From IMG/VR virus record IMGVR_UViG_3300040801_002079, positions 248,001 to 312,000 of that record: 64,000 bases of DNA; one strand, 5' to 3'. Shown here piece by piece: positions 1-10,036 of the stretch (its first letter is position 1; every line of letters starts with the position of its first letter). The notes beneath the pieces are model-generated. The model ran no database searches, was not told the DNA's origin, and saw nothing but the letters and a program-made list of their open reading frames with translations. A program made the translations under genes and the position numbers.

Positions 1-1414
1 CTTCTGGTGTAAGCTGTAAGTATTTGGTCTGTGCGAATCTAACAGAAAGTGAATCAATTCCTTCAGCATTGCCATAGTTGTTGAGTCTGTCAGAATCAAT
101 AGCAATCTCTCTATGATCAGAGAAGTTAGATGGGCTTGGCAATGCTATTCTGAATGAAGATGGGTCAACTACTATCTTCATATCCGCCAAGAATCGTTTA
201 AATTCACCATCAAGGGTTTCTTCTAGATGGGCTTGTAGCCTCTCGACATATTGGGAGAACTTGATTTCCTGCATATATGCAATGCCTACCCTGCCATCAT
301 TGCTTGGACTGCCGCCACCGTCTACCATATTGTTCATATAGGAATCTGGTATTCTCATTCCTCTCCATAGCTTGGAGAAGAAATATTGTAAATCATCAAG
401 TTGTCCAAGGCCCTGACCACCGGGAAGGGTTTCTACACGACCACCATTGCCATCTGCTGGAACAGAGAAGAAAAAGTCTTCTTGCATTGACTGTGGATCG
501 TAAATTGATTCAATCTGATCTTTACCACCACGCTGAGTTGGAATTTTCTTCTGGCGCATTTCATTTTTAACTTTACGCAAATGCGCTTCAATCTGGGTTC
601 CCCTCATCTTACCGGTGGGGATATAGAATACACGGCGTTCAGGAGCACGGGAAATTCTATAGATTAGAAGTGAATCTTCAAGTAGTTCCTTCTGTTTAAA
701 GGTTCGATATGCTGCCCTTAAAATAGACTCCCCAAATGGAGCCTCATTATTCATTTCATCAGACAGCGTGAATCTAACAACATCTTTATTATCAACAAAC
801 CCATAATCTCTGTTGTTTTTACTATTGTCACTATGGGGAGTTATATTAACAGGAAGTAAAAGTTGGTTACCATAGTTTGCAGTGGCATCATTGAAATTAA
901 GATTTATTTCCCATTTCTTAATATCATATATATCTTCAACACTTACTTCTGCTGCATTAACATGCTTGGGATGAACGTATATTAACTTTTTAAAAGCTCC
1001 GGAATTATTTCTAAGAAAGAAGCAATCGCCGTACTTAATAGTAGACCTTGCCACGCCAAACAATCGGCTGTTCCACTGCTGAACTCTACACCATGTTTTT
1101 AATGCGGATTTCAGTGTAACGATTTGCGAAGTTGACATCTTATAATGTTCATTATCAACATGTACATCTAATGGTAAATCTCTTTTACTCTTATTGCCTA
1201 CCATTTCCTCAGCAATAAGGTCTAATGCACGAGCAATATCTATATCAGCATCCATAGTGTCATATTCACTATATCGCTTAAGTCTGGTGTACGAACCTCT
1301 AACCAAACGGGTGTACCAGTTAATGCTGCCAAATCCAAGCATATCAGCATTGGATGTCATGTTGGCAGAGGCATATCCCGGAGTTATAATTTTATAGAAT
1401 TTTTTAACGCTCAT
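1..1414 (-). CDS. gp20: Portal vertex protein (T4 gp20-like), 3' end runs off the left edge; absent from the ORF track
   Basis: Manual translation from ATG at 1414: MSVKKFYKII...RYSEYDTMDADIDIARALDLIAEE...LEDSLLIYRISRAPERRVFYI...QEDFFF...VETLPGGQGLGQLDDLQYF...RIPDSY; these are gp20 portal motifs. Confidence 0.93.
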   Translation of the reverse strand, partial: MSVKKFYKIITPGYASANMTSNADMLGFGSINWYTRLVRGSYTRLKRYSEYDTMDADIDIARALDLIAEEMVGNKSKRDLPLDVHVDNEHYKMSTSQIVTLKSALKTWCRVQQWNSRLFGVARSTIKYGDCFFLRNNSGAFKKLIYVHPKHVNAAEVSVEDIYDIKKWEINLNFNDATANYGNQLLLPVNITPHSDNSKNNRDYGFVDNKDVVRFTLSDEMNNEAPFGESILRAAYRTFKQKELLEDSLLIYRISRAPERRVFYIPTGKMRGTQIEAHLRKVKNEMRQKKIPTQRGGKDQIESIYDPQSMQEDFFFSVPADGNGGRVETLPGGQGLGQLDDLQYFFSKLWRGMRIPDSYMNNMVDGGGSPSNDGRVGIAYMQEIKFSQYVERLQAHLEETLDGEFKRFLADMKIVVDPSSFRIALPSPSNFSDHREIAIDSDRLNNYGNAEGIDSLSVRFAQTKYLQLTPE

Positions 1415-1471
1415 TTAAATTTTCCATTAATATTCTTATTTATTGATAGTGGGGCATACTGTAACCATATA

Positions 1472-4447
1472 TTACCATCTTCCTGACATTATAGCGGTAG
1501 ATCGTAGAGAGTCAACCTCTGTGTACGCTGCTTCGTGTGACCGTTTTGCTGCGTCTCGGGCCTGCGCCAATATATCGCTTGCGGAATTTCGTTTTTCATT
1601 TTCAACACGGTCTTCGGCAATTTTATCCTTATTCATCTTCTGGTTTTCACGCTGGATGTCATTATTTTCTTCGAGTAGCTCTTCCACTGATTTACCAGAT
1701 TTGCCTTTGGTTTCATTAATTCTATTAGCTTCTTCCATTGCTTCGGCTTGCGCCTTTAACGCCTTTCCTGCACCATCCAATCCAAGTCTCTTATTAATCT
1801 CCTCGGTACTCATACCTTTAACTAGATGTCCCTGACCAACCTTATCAAGCTGTGCTTGTAAGCGATTTCGTCTAGCCTCATTGACCATTCGGATATTTTC
1901 AGCATCAAGTTCGTCTTGTGATGCCCTATCATCTCCCCATGGCTTAATAAAATCTATTGTTTTTCCTAATATATCTCCCGCACCAATAAACCAATCTTCA
2001 TCTTTCCACTTTTCATACATTGCAGTACCGGCTTGGGTTCCCAATTCCCATACCTGATAAGCCATTGCCGCAGCGCCAGCAACTTTAAGTAGATTTCCGC
2101 TGAAGGTTTTAAAACTCCCCGCTACACCGGATGTTGCATTGCGAATTCCAGTATCAAGCCCTTTTACTCCTACCTGTGCACCCGCAATAGTTTTATTAAA
2201 TGGATTCAATGAAAATGTCGAGAAGCGCCCTGTTACCTTAGTGAATGCCTTAGACAAAATACCGGCCTTAGCTGCCGTCTGACCTAGCCCCCCAACAGTT
2301 AATGCTTTCATTAATAGTGCATTTTGCAACATAGATGATGCCAAAGTGAAACCTGCTACGCCTATACCTGAAAAGGTCTGAACAAGAGAACTCTTAGTCA
2401 ACCCCTGAACAAATTCATTAATTTCTTTATACGCGAATTCGGTGCCCATACCGTATCCACCAGTCTGCTCATACCCCTCACTTTCCTTACCGGTCAATAA
2501 TTCGTTTGCCCCCGATAAAGTATCCATGGCTTGCTGTAACTGAGCATTAACAGTTCCTGATGTGATTTGATTCATTATTTCTTCTTTTGATATGCCCGTC
2601 TTATCTGCCAGATTATTCAAAGCTGCATTGACTTGCTCTGATCGATTTACATCAAACATCTCACCTGTAAATCCACCAAATAGTTGTAAAATTTCTTGGG
2701 CCTGAGCCTTTTCAGCTATTAGTCGGTTTGCTTCGGCTTCGTCCCCACGATCTTGTGCATTTTGAATCATCTGAGTATAACGCTCTTGGAACAAAGCAGG
2801 GCCTGCCTCCATTAGAGGGGCTATCGTCTCATTAAAAGTTTTCTTTTGTTCGGCAGTTAAATTGCTAGGATCAAATGCATATTTCTTTAATATTTCTTTT
2901 TGATCATCTGATAATTCAATGCCAAGAACCCTCTCATATTGTTCGGCTAGTTGTCCCGCACCCATCATGCTCTTATATTTTTCAACTATGGGTGCCCACT
3001 TTTTAGCATTTTCCATGTTCAAACGCTGCTGCATATTTTCGTTAGAAAGCCCCAAAATTTTATTCATCTTTATGCGACTTTTCATTTCATTAACTAGGAC
3101 TTTTTGAGTACTACTACCAAGCAATCTAAGATTATTTGCGAAACCCACAAACGCAGGGTCTTTTGACATATCGTTAAAGATTTCACCAAATTCTTGAATG
3201 GGAACATTGAGTGCGTTTGCAGCCTCCTTATAAAATCTCACCATTTCTTTTGTGTTCAAATCCGCAGCCATTCCCGTGAATTTTGCAGATTCTTTTATTC
3301 TCATACCAAAAGAAAACGCTTCGCCTCCTATTAATCCGAAAGCCTTGCCCGCATCAGCTATTTGGAGCATAGCCTCTTCGTTTGCAGCATCATATAGACT
3401 TCCATCCATGCTCATGGCTTCTTGTCTTAAGGTATCTCTATATCGCAACAACCCCTGAGATATTTCGTCCTGCGACATACCCATTCTAACTCCAGCCTCA
3501 TGGAAAGATTCTGAAATATTGGCCTGATAGCGGAACAAAATATCATCCATCATATTTTTAGCGCCATAAACACTAACACCAGCCATTGATTTCATTAATG
3601 TGCCCATCTTCATGGAATGCTGCTCAATGGTTCTCTGAATATTGGTTGTAACCATCTGGGTTGCTTCTGACATTACCTCCGCTGATCCCTCCATGGCAGA
3701 GGCGAGTTTACCCAATGCTTGCTGTTCTTTTGCGTATTGAGCCTTATCATCATCCGATGATTTATCAGTTACAACCGTAGGCCCTTTTGTGCGCATTTGC
3801 TTTAGAGTTTTTTGGGTTTCATCATCCAACAATCCCATTACATCAACGGCTCCAGCCGTTGCTTCCTGTAAATTAGTTATTTTGTTAAACAATTCACCGT
3901 ATTCAGCCGATGTTGACTTTGTATTATTTGCCAATTCATGGAGTTTTACATTATATTCTTCTAATAAATTAGTAGTGTCAGATAATTTGCTAAGATCGGT
4001 TCCGGGTTTTTCAATATACCCGATCATATGTTGAACCATTTTTCGATGTTCTTCTAACTGTTCATCCGCAAACTGGCGTGTATCCCCAACTATTTCCTCA
4101 AACCTATCTTTTTGTTTCTGAGAAAATGCTGCAAGGGGGTGAAATGCGGTATTAATAACCGAAGAAACCGACTCTCCCGCCTTTTTAAAAATGTTACGAT
4201 TTGCTCTTTCAAAACTCTCACTCATTTCCTTGACAGATCGATTTAATGCGGCAGCGGCTGGTATTTTACCTCCACCTTTTTGTAAGAGAGAATCATCACT
4301 AACAAGTTTACTTCCCCTACTGGGTGTATCAGCATAGGATGGTCCACCGGATTCGGTAGATAATTTGGCAGCTATATGTTTAGCTGCGGCTTCAGCAAAG
4401 TCTTTTCCGAATTTTTGAAATAATTGTTTAATTTCAGCGTCTAACAT
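1472..4447 (-). CDS. Probable tail tape measure protein (991 aa)
   Basis: Long helical Ala/Gly/Gln-rich protein with hydrophobic segments in the C-terminal third; late promoter upstream; no enzyme motifs. Confidence 0.6.
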   Translation of the reverse strand: MLDAEIKQLFQKFGKDFAEAAAKHIAAKLSTESGGPSYADTPSRGSKLVSDDSLLQKGGGKIPAAAALNRSVKEMSESFERANRNIFKKAGESVSSVINTAFHPLAAFSQKQKDRFEEIVGDTRQFADEQLEEHRKMVQHMIGYIEKPGTDLSKLSDTTNLLEEYNVKLHELANNTKSTSAEYGELFNKITNLQEATAGAVDVMGLLDDETQKTLKQMRTKGPTVVTDKSSDDDKAQYAKEQQALGKLASAMEGSAEVMSEATQMVTTNIQRTIEQHSMKMGTLMKSMAGVSVYGAKNMMDDILFRYQANISESFHEAGVRMGMSQDEISQGLLRYRDTLRQEAMSMDGSLYDAANEEAMLQIADAGKAFGLIGGEAFSFGMRIKESAKFTGMAADLNTKEMVRFYKEAANALNVPIQEFGEIFNDMSKDPAFVGFANNLRLLGSSTQKVLVNEMKSRIKMNKILGLSNENMQQRLNMENAKKWAPIVEKYKSMMGAGQLAEQYERVLGIELSDDQKEILKKYAFDPSNLTAEQKKTFNETIAPLMEAGPALFQERYTQMIQNAQDRGDEAEANRLIAEKAQAQEILQLFGGFTGEMFDVNRSEQVNAALNNLADKTGISKEEIMNQITSGTVNAQLQQAMDTLSGANELLTGKESEGYEQTGGYGMGTEFAYKEINEFVQGLTKSSLVQTFSGIGVAGFTLASSMLQNALLMKALTVGGLGQTAAKAGILSKAFTKVTGRFSTFSLNPFNKTIAGAQVGVKGLDTGIRNATSGVAGSFKTFSGNLLKVAGAAAMAYQVWELGTQAGTAMYEKWKDEDWFIGAGDILGKTIDFIKPWGDDRASQDELDAENIRMVNEARRNRLQAQLDKVGQGHLVKGMSTEEINKRLGLDGAGKALKAQAEAMEEANRINETKGKSGKSVEELLEENNDIQRENQKMNKDKIAEDRVENEKRNSASDILAQARDAAKRSHEAAYTEVDSLRSTAIMSGRW

Positions 4448-4540
4448 TTACAAAGAGTCTCCAGTATCAAATATTTATTAATTTTTCAACTTATTAATTT
4501 TACCCATACATATATACATATTCACCACATGAATAGGGGG

Positions 4541-4568
4541 TTGACATTTTGCAATTGATGTGTATAAT
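4541..4568 (+). promoter_or_regulatory. Host sigma70-type promoter for the late sigma factor gene
   Basis: TTGACA (4541-4546), 16-bp spacer, TATAAT (4563-4568); AAGGAG RBS before ATG 4628. Confidence 0.8.
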
Positions 4569-4627
4569 TGAACTATCTAATTTAACATTATCTAATAAAA
4601 CAATAATAAAAGGAGTGTTTATTAAAG

Positions 4628-5110
4628 ATGACTACAACTAAAAAGAAGAAAACTAAGAATTATTTGAATAATAAAGACATGCTGCATCAATGGAAACTAA
4701 GCTATGAAGCTGATGCAATGACAGATGTATTTGCCAACATGATCATGTTGCTTACCAAGAGATACTCATCCAAGGTTAGATTCAATGTTTGTGATACTTT
4801 CCGAGATGATATGGAATCATTTGCCCTGATGACCGTATCTAAAGTATGGAGAAGTTTTAATCCAGAGAAATCCAATAATCCATTCGCATATTTTACCCAA
4901 GTAATTAAGCGGGCATTTTATCAATATCAAAACATGGAACGCAGACAGCGTGATATTTCAAATGAACTATTAATAGAAGATGGTCAGTCCCCTTCCCATG
5001 CATACATGGTCGAATATGAATATCGGAATTTTGACCCGGACGATGCGGGTGGATCAATTAAAACCACGTATGGTGACGGATATTCTGAAGCTGATGAGAC
5101 CGAATCTTAA
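4628..5110 (+). CDS. gp55: Late-transcription sigma factor (T4 gp55-like)
   Basis: NYLNNKDML and FNPEKSNNPFAYFTQ motifs typical of gp55; matching NATAAATA promoters throughout the window. Confidence 0.9.
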   Translation: MTTTKKKKTKNYLNNKDMLHQWKLSYEADAMTDVFANMIMLLTKRYSSKVRFNVCDTFRDDMESFALMTVSKVWRSFNPEKSNNPFAYFTQVIKRAFYQYQNMERRQRDISNELLIEDGQSPSHAYMVEYEYRNFDPDDAGGSIKTTYGDGYSEADETES

Positions 5111-7308
5111 TTCATTGTAACCGTTGTTAGTCCACCCTTGAGGGTCGCCTTGAGGGTCTTATTAAACGATGACTTAATTTCATCACGATGAGTGATGACG
5201 TACATATTCAAATCCTCATCCTTGGCAATCTTTTTAATCATCTTGGATGCAAGTTTAATTCCAAGATTACTTAATCCGGTGTCAAGACATTCATCCAGAA
5301 TACAGAAATTAATTTTCTGATGACGAGCCTGTACAACATCTCTAAACGCAAAGGCAAGAGCAATATTAATTCTAGCCTTTTGTCCACCCGATAGATTGGA
5401 GAAACTGATGGGGTTATTAAACTGAGATATGGATATGGTCATGTCCTTTGTAAACTCAACCTTATGCAACATACCAATCGCGTCTAAATAATATCGCAAT
5501 TGTGTATTAAGAAGTGGTAGATTAATATTCAATAATTCTTGTCGTATATGACTATCCTTTCTGGTTAACAGCTTAAGTAAAAATTCCTGATGAGTTAATA
5601 GCTTCTTAAGTTCATCAATCTCATCATCTCTAGGCTCATCAATGTTTGCAAATGCTTTCTCAAGCCGTTCAACTGTTTCGGTGTGAGGATTAGGCTCTGC
5701 TGTTTTATCAGCCAGTGTTTTCTTAAGCTGATCAAGTCTAGACTGATCTGCATATAATGAATCCAGCGTTACCCCGTCCCTTTCCATCGAATCTGCTTCA
5801 GCATTCAGCACTCGTATATCCTCTTCCAATACATCAATTTCCTCTTGATGTTTTGTTAAATCAATTGTGGCATCCAGAGTGTACGGATTCTCTTGGCTTA
5901 TCAGCCTTTCGTAATCGGCTTGAGCGGCCTCAAATGCCCGCTTAGAATCTTCATATAATGATCTTGAATCAAAAATACAATCAACTGAATCAATATCCTT
6001 TAATAGTTTTTCATTATCATCATTAAGCTCAGTATTGGCATTTTCAATAGTCGTGTATTGTAACGCATATTGATTAAGCTCTGCTTCCTTCTCTTTAATT
6101 TTATCTTCATTCTCGTGATATGTCTGCTTACAGTATGGACATAATGCAGATTTTAACAATTTAACTTCCTCATTAAGGCCCTCAAGTGTCTCATAAATTT
6201 TAGATAATTCTGATTTATTGTCATTTATAGTTTTAACATTATTATCGTATTTTTCATTAAGCACATCCAGTTTATCCAATTGCTCAGATTGCTCGTTGAA
6301 ATCTATATCGTCATACTGCTTCAATAGGAGTTGTGACTTTTCTATATCGGACTTATGATCACTCTCCCATTTCTTTATATTAGTTTCAGTCTTTTTATAT
6401 TCGGCTAATTTAAACTTGAGCTTATCAATCTCCGCTTCCTTTTCAGATACCGCAGATCGGATAATGCCAATAGTTTTCTGATTCTTGATTTCCCCAGCAA
6501 AGTCTATTAATTCCAATTGCTTAATATCATCTTTGGCTTTCTTAATCTGTGCCGCATGGTCTTCATCCCACTTCTCAACCGAACCTTTTGCCAGTTCAAG
6601 CTGCTCAGCATAGCGCGATGTCTCTTCTTCTATTCGTTCATTAAGCTCAATTAATCGTGTGATGGAAGCCTTGGTTTCCTTTATCTTGGGTTTAAGATTA
6701 TTAGCCTTTTCCGTTAATTCTTTTTGTCCAAATATTTCTTCAAGAATTGATGTTTGGCTTGTTTTGTTTGTGCTTGTCGCTGGAAGGTTTAAGAACGGCT
6801 CAAAGCTTGCACTATAAACCACGATGCGTACAAAAATATCAAAAGGCATTCTAAGTATATCTTCAGCGATATACTCATCGACAGACCTTCCTGCGGGGGT
6901 TTTAATGTTATCAGGTTTGGTTAAATCCTTCACGTTTTCAGCGGATGAGAACCTAACCCCATTATTGCCCGAACCGCCAAGGTCTTTATTCTTACGCCAT
7001 CTTTCAACTTTGAAAAATGTTCCATTAACTTCAAAAATCACAGCAACATAAAGATTCTTCTTGTTTATGTTATTAATAATTTCATCCAGCTTCTTAAACT
7101 CAGAAACTGTCTTACCGTATAAAGCGAATGCTAAAGCGTTAAGGATGCTTGTTTTGCCTGCACCATTATTATCATGTTCACCATCGATAATAACATCAAG
7201 GTTTTCACCGATAATTAAGGTAGGTTCTTCTATCTCAAGAGGAATTACGGTCAAATTATCACCGTAAGACAGAAAGTTTCTTATATGTAATTCAATAAAG
7301 CGAATCAT
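5107..7308 (-). CDS. gp46: Recombination ATPase, gp46/Rad50/SbcC family
   Basis: Walker A NGAGKT, zinc hook CPYC, signature LSGGQ, Walker B ILDE, long coiled coil. Confidence 0.95.
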   Translation of the reverse strand: MIRFIELHIRNFLSYGDNLTVIPLEIEEPTLIIGENLDVIIDGEHDNNGAGKTSILNALAFALYGKTVSEFKKLDEIINNINKKNLYVAVIFEVNGTFFKVERWRKNKDLGGSGNNGVRFSSAENVKDLTKPDNIKTPAGRSVDEYIAEDILRMPFDIFVRIVVYSASFEPFLNLPATSTNKTSQTSILEEIFGQKELTEKANNLKPKIKETKASITRLIELNERIEEETSRYAEQLELAKGSVEKWDEDHAAQIKKAKDDIKQLELIDFAGEIKNQKTIGIIRSAVSEKEAEIDKLKFKLAEYKKTETNIKKWESDHKSDIEKSQLLLKQYDDIDFNEQSEQLDKLDVLNEKYDNNVKTINDNKSELSKIYETLEGLNEEVKLLKSALCPYCKQTYHENEDKIKEKEAELNQYALQYTTIENANTELNDDNEKLLKDIDSVDCIFDSRSLYEDSKRAFEAAQADYERLISQENPYTLDATIDLTKHQEEIDVLEEDIRVLNAEADSMERDGVTLDSLYADQSRLDQLKKTLADKTAEPNPHTETVERLEKAFANIDEPRDDEIDELKKLLTHQEFLLKLLTRKDSHIRQELLNINLPLLNTQLRYYLDAIGMLHKVEFTKDMTISISQFNNPISFSNLSGGQKARINIALAFAFRDVVQARHQKINFCILDECLDTGLSNLGIKLASKMIKKIAKDEDLNMYVITHRDEIKSSFNKTLKATLKGGLTTVTMN

Positions 7309-8333
7309 AATTTATCATACTCCGAGATAAGAAGATCATTTTCTATTTTATCGCTTTCAATGTTTTTTAACATTTTGCGAACCAGTGCGTTCGTGCTTTC
7401 ATTCTGAACATCTTCCTCAGTCAATTCACTATCAACAACCGTTACAGTCATAACTTCTTCTATAGTAAACTCTCTAAGTTGATGATCTGTAATCATTTTT
7501 TGCTTAAGTTCGCTATTTTCGCTAAAGGTTATATCGACATCTGCTACACATTTAACACGAGCATTATCTGAGAGAATATCGGGATTTTCATTTATTTCTG
7601 AAAGTTTTACTCGCATATATTTCGGACAATCTTCCCAATTAATATACTGAGTATCACCAGATTCATAATCATAAATTGCCATGCCACGATCATTATCGTT
7701 AGCGTCCCCAAAATCCATGGGGAAGGCGTTGCCAATATACGAAATGTTTTTAGAATGTTGTCGTTTATGAAAGTGTCCTGAAAATATTTTATCAGGAGCG
7801 GAGAATTTATCTGGATCAGGTCCCGATTCCTTTACAACGGTATCCCCTGTTAAAACAAATCCCTTAAACTCAAAATGCCCCATCCATATAGGAACATCGA
7901 AATACCCAGATAAGTCTGCATATTCATGCTCAAATAAAAACGGGGAGTACAATGTTGGAACGATAGTATCTTCACTGATAAGGGGTTCATCAACTAGCAC
8001 AAAATTTTCAAGGGATTTATATATGTATGAAGCAAATACCTCGCGGTTATCCCTGTAATACAAGTCATGGTTTCCAACAATAAAGTAAATGGGAATTCCG
8101 ACATCATTCAAAATAGATGCGCAATCCATGGCATATTTTGAAGTTAATGAATCGATAGCAGTTCTTTCTTCAAACCAGTCTCCGAGAAACACAATATGAT
8201 CAACATCATACTTAACGCACTGGTCTTTAAACCAGAGCGTGAAACTCTTACAATCTTCATTATGTATTTTACTATTATTTTTACGTCCAAAGTGGATGTC
8301 TGTGAACATTCCAGCACGTTTTAATTTTTGCAT
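7305..8333 (-). CDS. gp47: Recombination nuclease, gp47/Mre11/SbcD family
   Basis: Metallophosphoesterase motifs TDIHFG, GD, GNHD, GH, SGHFH; 4-bp overlap with gp46. Confidence 0.95.
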   Translation of the reverse strand: MQKLKRAGMFTDIHFGRKNNSKIHNEDCKSFTLWFKDQCVKYDVDHIVFLGDWFEERTAIDSLTSKYAMDCASILNDVGIPIYFIVGNHDLYYRDNREVFASYIYKSLENFVLVDEPLISEDTIVPTLYSPFLFEHEYADLSGYFDVPIWMGHFEFKGFVLTGDTVVKESGPDPDKFSAPDKIFSGHFHKRQHSKNISYIGNAFPMDFGDANDNDRGMAIYDYESGDTQYINWEDCPKYMRVKLSEINENPDILSDNARVKCVADVDITFSENSELKQKMITDHQLREFTIEEVMTVTVVDSELTEEDVQNESTNALVRKMLKNIESDKIENDLLISEYDKL

Positions 8334-8336
8334 AAA

Positions 8337-9980
8337 CTATTTAATCCATGTAAAGCTTTCCAACCACCATTTAGGTATAACGGTATTCTTTGTCTGGTTA
8401 TACAAGAATGTGAAGCTTTCGTCAAGTATGTATGTTATTCCCCAATCAGTGTGATCACGGCATACACGACCCGATCCCTGAATCATCTCCTTTAATGTCT
8501 GACGATTGTACCAATCCCTAGACATATCCATTCTGCGCTTAATCCATTCATCACCTAACGATGGAAATGGAACTTTGGCAAATATGGCAAACCTTCCCAG
8601 ATCATGCTTCAAGTCAAGCCCTTCGGTAATACTAGGGGATACCAGTACAGTCGGCTCTACTTCTGCACTCTCCATGTATGACTTAATAATGTCATCACGT
8701 TTGACAACCTGATCCTTATATGGGTTATGGTTCAATATCTTATGGCTATCGGTTGTTTGTAATTCTTCAATAATCCACTTTGAAAGTTTAAAGCTTCCGG
8801 TGTGTATAATGCCGGAATCACTCTTATGTTGATCAAGAATGCCCTTAATGGCATTAATCATATTGCGTCTGCCAGCATTTTTTTCGGGATCATCTCTATC
8901 CCATCCATAGCTCATACGGGCTGACGGCATATACATAACAGGTCTGCGATCAGGATCAAACTCTGATTTAAGCGATAGAAACGCCGCTTCATCTGGATTA
9001 ATCCGTAAGTCTCGACAGAATCCATCTTTATTTAAAATAGTGGAACTCATAAACAAAAACTTTTCGGCTTTCGGTTTAATTATCCCATGAAATGCCCTTC
9101 CACCAAATAACTCCTTTACCGTAAAATCTTTATCATTTTTAACCAATACGTAGTTATCCTCAATTTCTTCATTAGTACATAGAAGAACTTGATTGATATT
9201 GTCGGCATGTCGGGTATACCTGATGTAATTCTTAATGATTGCTTGATCATCAGCGGATAGTTTATCACTGGAAGCATAACTTTCAATTCGCTCTATTTCC
9301 CTTGAAAGAGACCCAATATAATGTTCCAGCTTAGGCCAATATGTCTCAGTCATCCATTGATGAGCTTGTGACATTGTTTTCGGTCTATATAGCTTGAGTT
9401 GGTTATTGCTGATTTTAGCGCAAGTTGTTTCAGAAATAGCGAAAGTGCTAAAATTAACCAGTTGCTGTTCGAGATTATGGCATTCGTCCATAACCATTAA
9501 CTTTCTACTAGGCATTCTTTTTTCTTCCAGATATGAAAAATAAAGAAGAGCCAGTGTGTAATTCAAAACCATATTAGGTGATGCATTAGCCCTACCAAAA
9601 GCAGCTTTGTAAGGACATGAACTACATGAGGGTTTAATAGATGAACCTACTTCACATGAGCAATCTTTTGGCTCACAACGATAGTTGCCCTTTCCGTACA
9701 TAGAAGCCAAAAGCTGTTTATCAAAAGAGGTTTCATACTGATTCTGAAGAATCTTTTGAGGTGTTAGAATGAATGAAGAACCCATCCCACTTTTGGATAA
9801 CCATGAACTTACCGTTAAACCAATAGGTGATTTACCACCACCCACAGGCATTTCAAGTAAAATGTATTTCTTTTCAGGAGGTAATTCTTGTATCCAATCA
9901 AACGTTTCTTGTTGGGAGATACGAGGACTGTATTTGGGCATTACCCTGTCCCATGATTTCATTATGTCGTTATCATTCAT
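8337..9980 (-). CDS. DinG/XPD-family SF2 helicase with probable Fe-S cluster
   Basis: Motif I EMPVGGGKS, DECH, EGLD, KVPFP, QGSGRVCR; Cys cluster C-x4-CxC-x9-CxxCPY. Confidence 0.88.
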   Translation of the reverse strand: MNDNDIMKSWDRVMPKYSPRISQQETFDWIQELPPEKKYILLEMPVGGGKSPIGLTVSSWLSKSGMGSSFILTPQKILQNQYETSFDKQLLASMYGKGNYRCEPKDCSCEVGSSIKPSCSSCPYKAAFGRANASPNMVLNYTLALLYFSYLEEKRMPSRKLMVMDECHNLEQQLVNFSTFAISETTCAKISNNQLKLYRPKTMSQAHQWMTETYWPKLEHYIGSLSREIERIESYASSDKLSADDQAIIKNYIRYTRHADNINQVLLCTNEEIEDNYVLVKNDKDFTVKELFGGRAFHGIIKPKAEKFLFMSSTILNKDGFCRDLRINPDEAAFLSLKSEFDPDRRPVMYMPSARMSYGWDRDDPEKNAGRRNMINAIKGILDQHKSDSGIIHTGSFKLSKWIIEELQTTDSHKILNHNPYKDQVVKRDDIIKSYMESAEVEPTVLVSPSITEGLDLKHDLGRFAIFAKVPFPSLGDEWIKRRMDMSRDWYNRQTLKEMIQGSGRVCRDHTDWGITYILDESFTFLYNQTKNTVIPKWWLESFTWIK

Positions 9981-10007
9981 TCATTTTTCCTTATTTCAGG
10001 TCATTTC

Positions 10008-10036
10008 ATTATACCACTTCTTTTCTCAGATAACAA
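10008..10036 (-). promoter_or_regulatory. Sigma70-type promoter for the helicase-gp47-gp46 operon
   Basis: Minus strand TTGTTA-17 bp-TATAAT with extended -10 (TGgTATAAT); AAGGA RBS before ATG 9980. Confidence 0.7.

Noticed and set aside
277-570. Plus-strand 97-aa ORF and other short ORFs nested in long genes
   Set aside because: Shadow ORFs opposite or within well-supported genes (here the portal).
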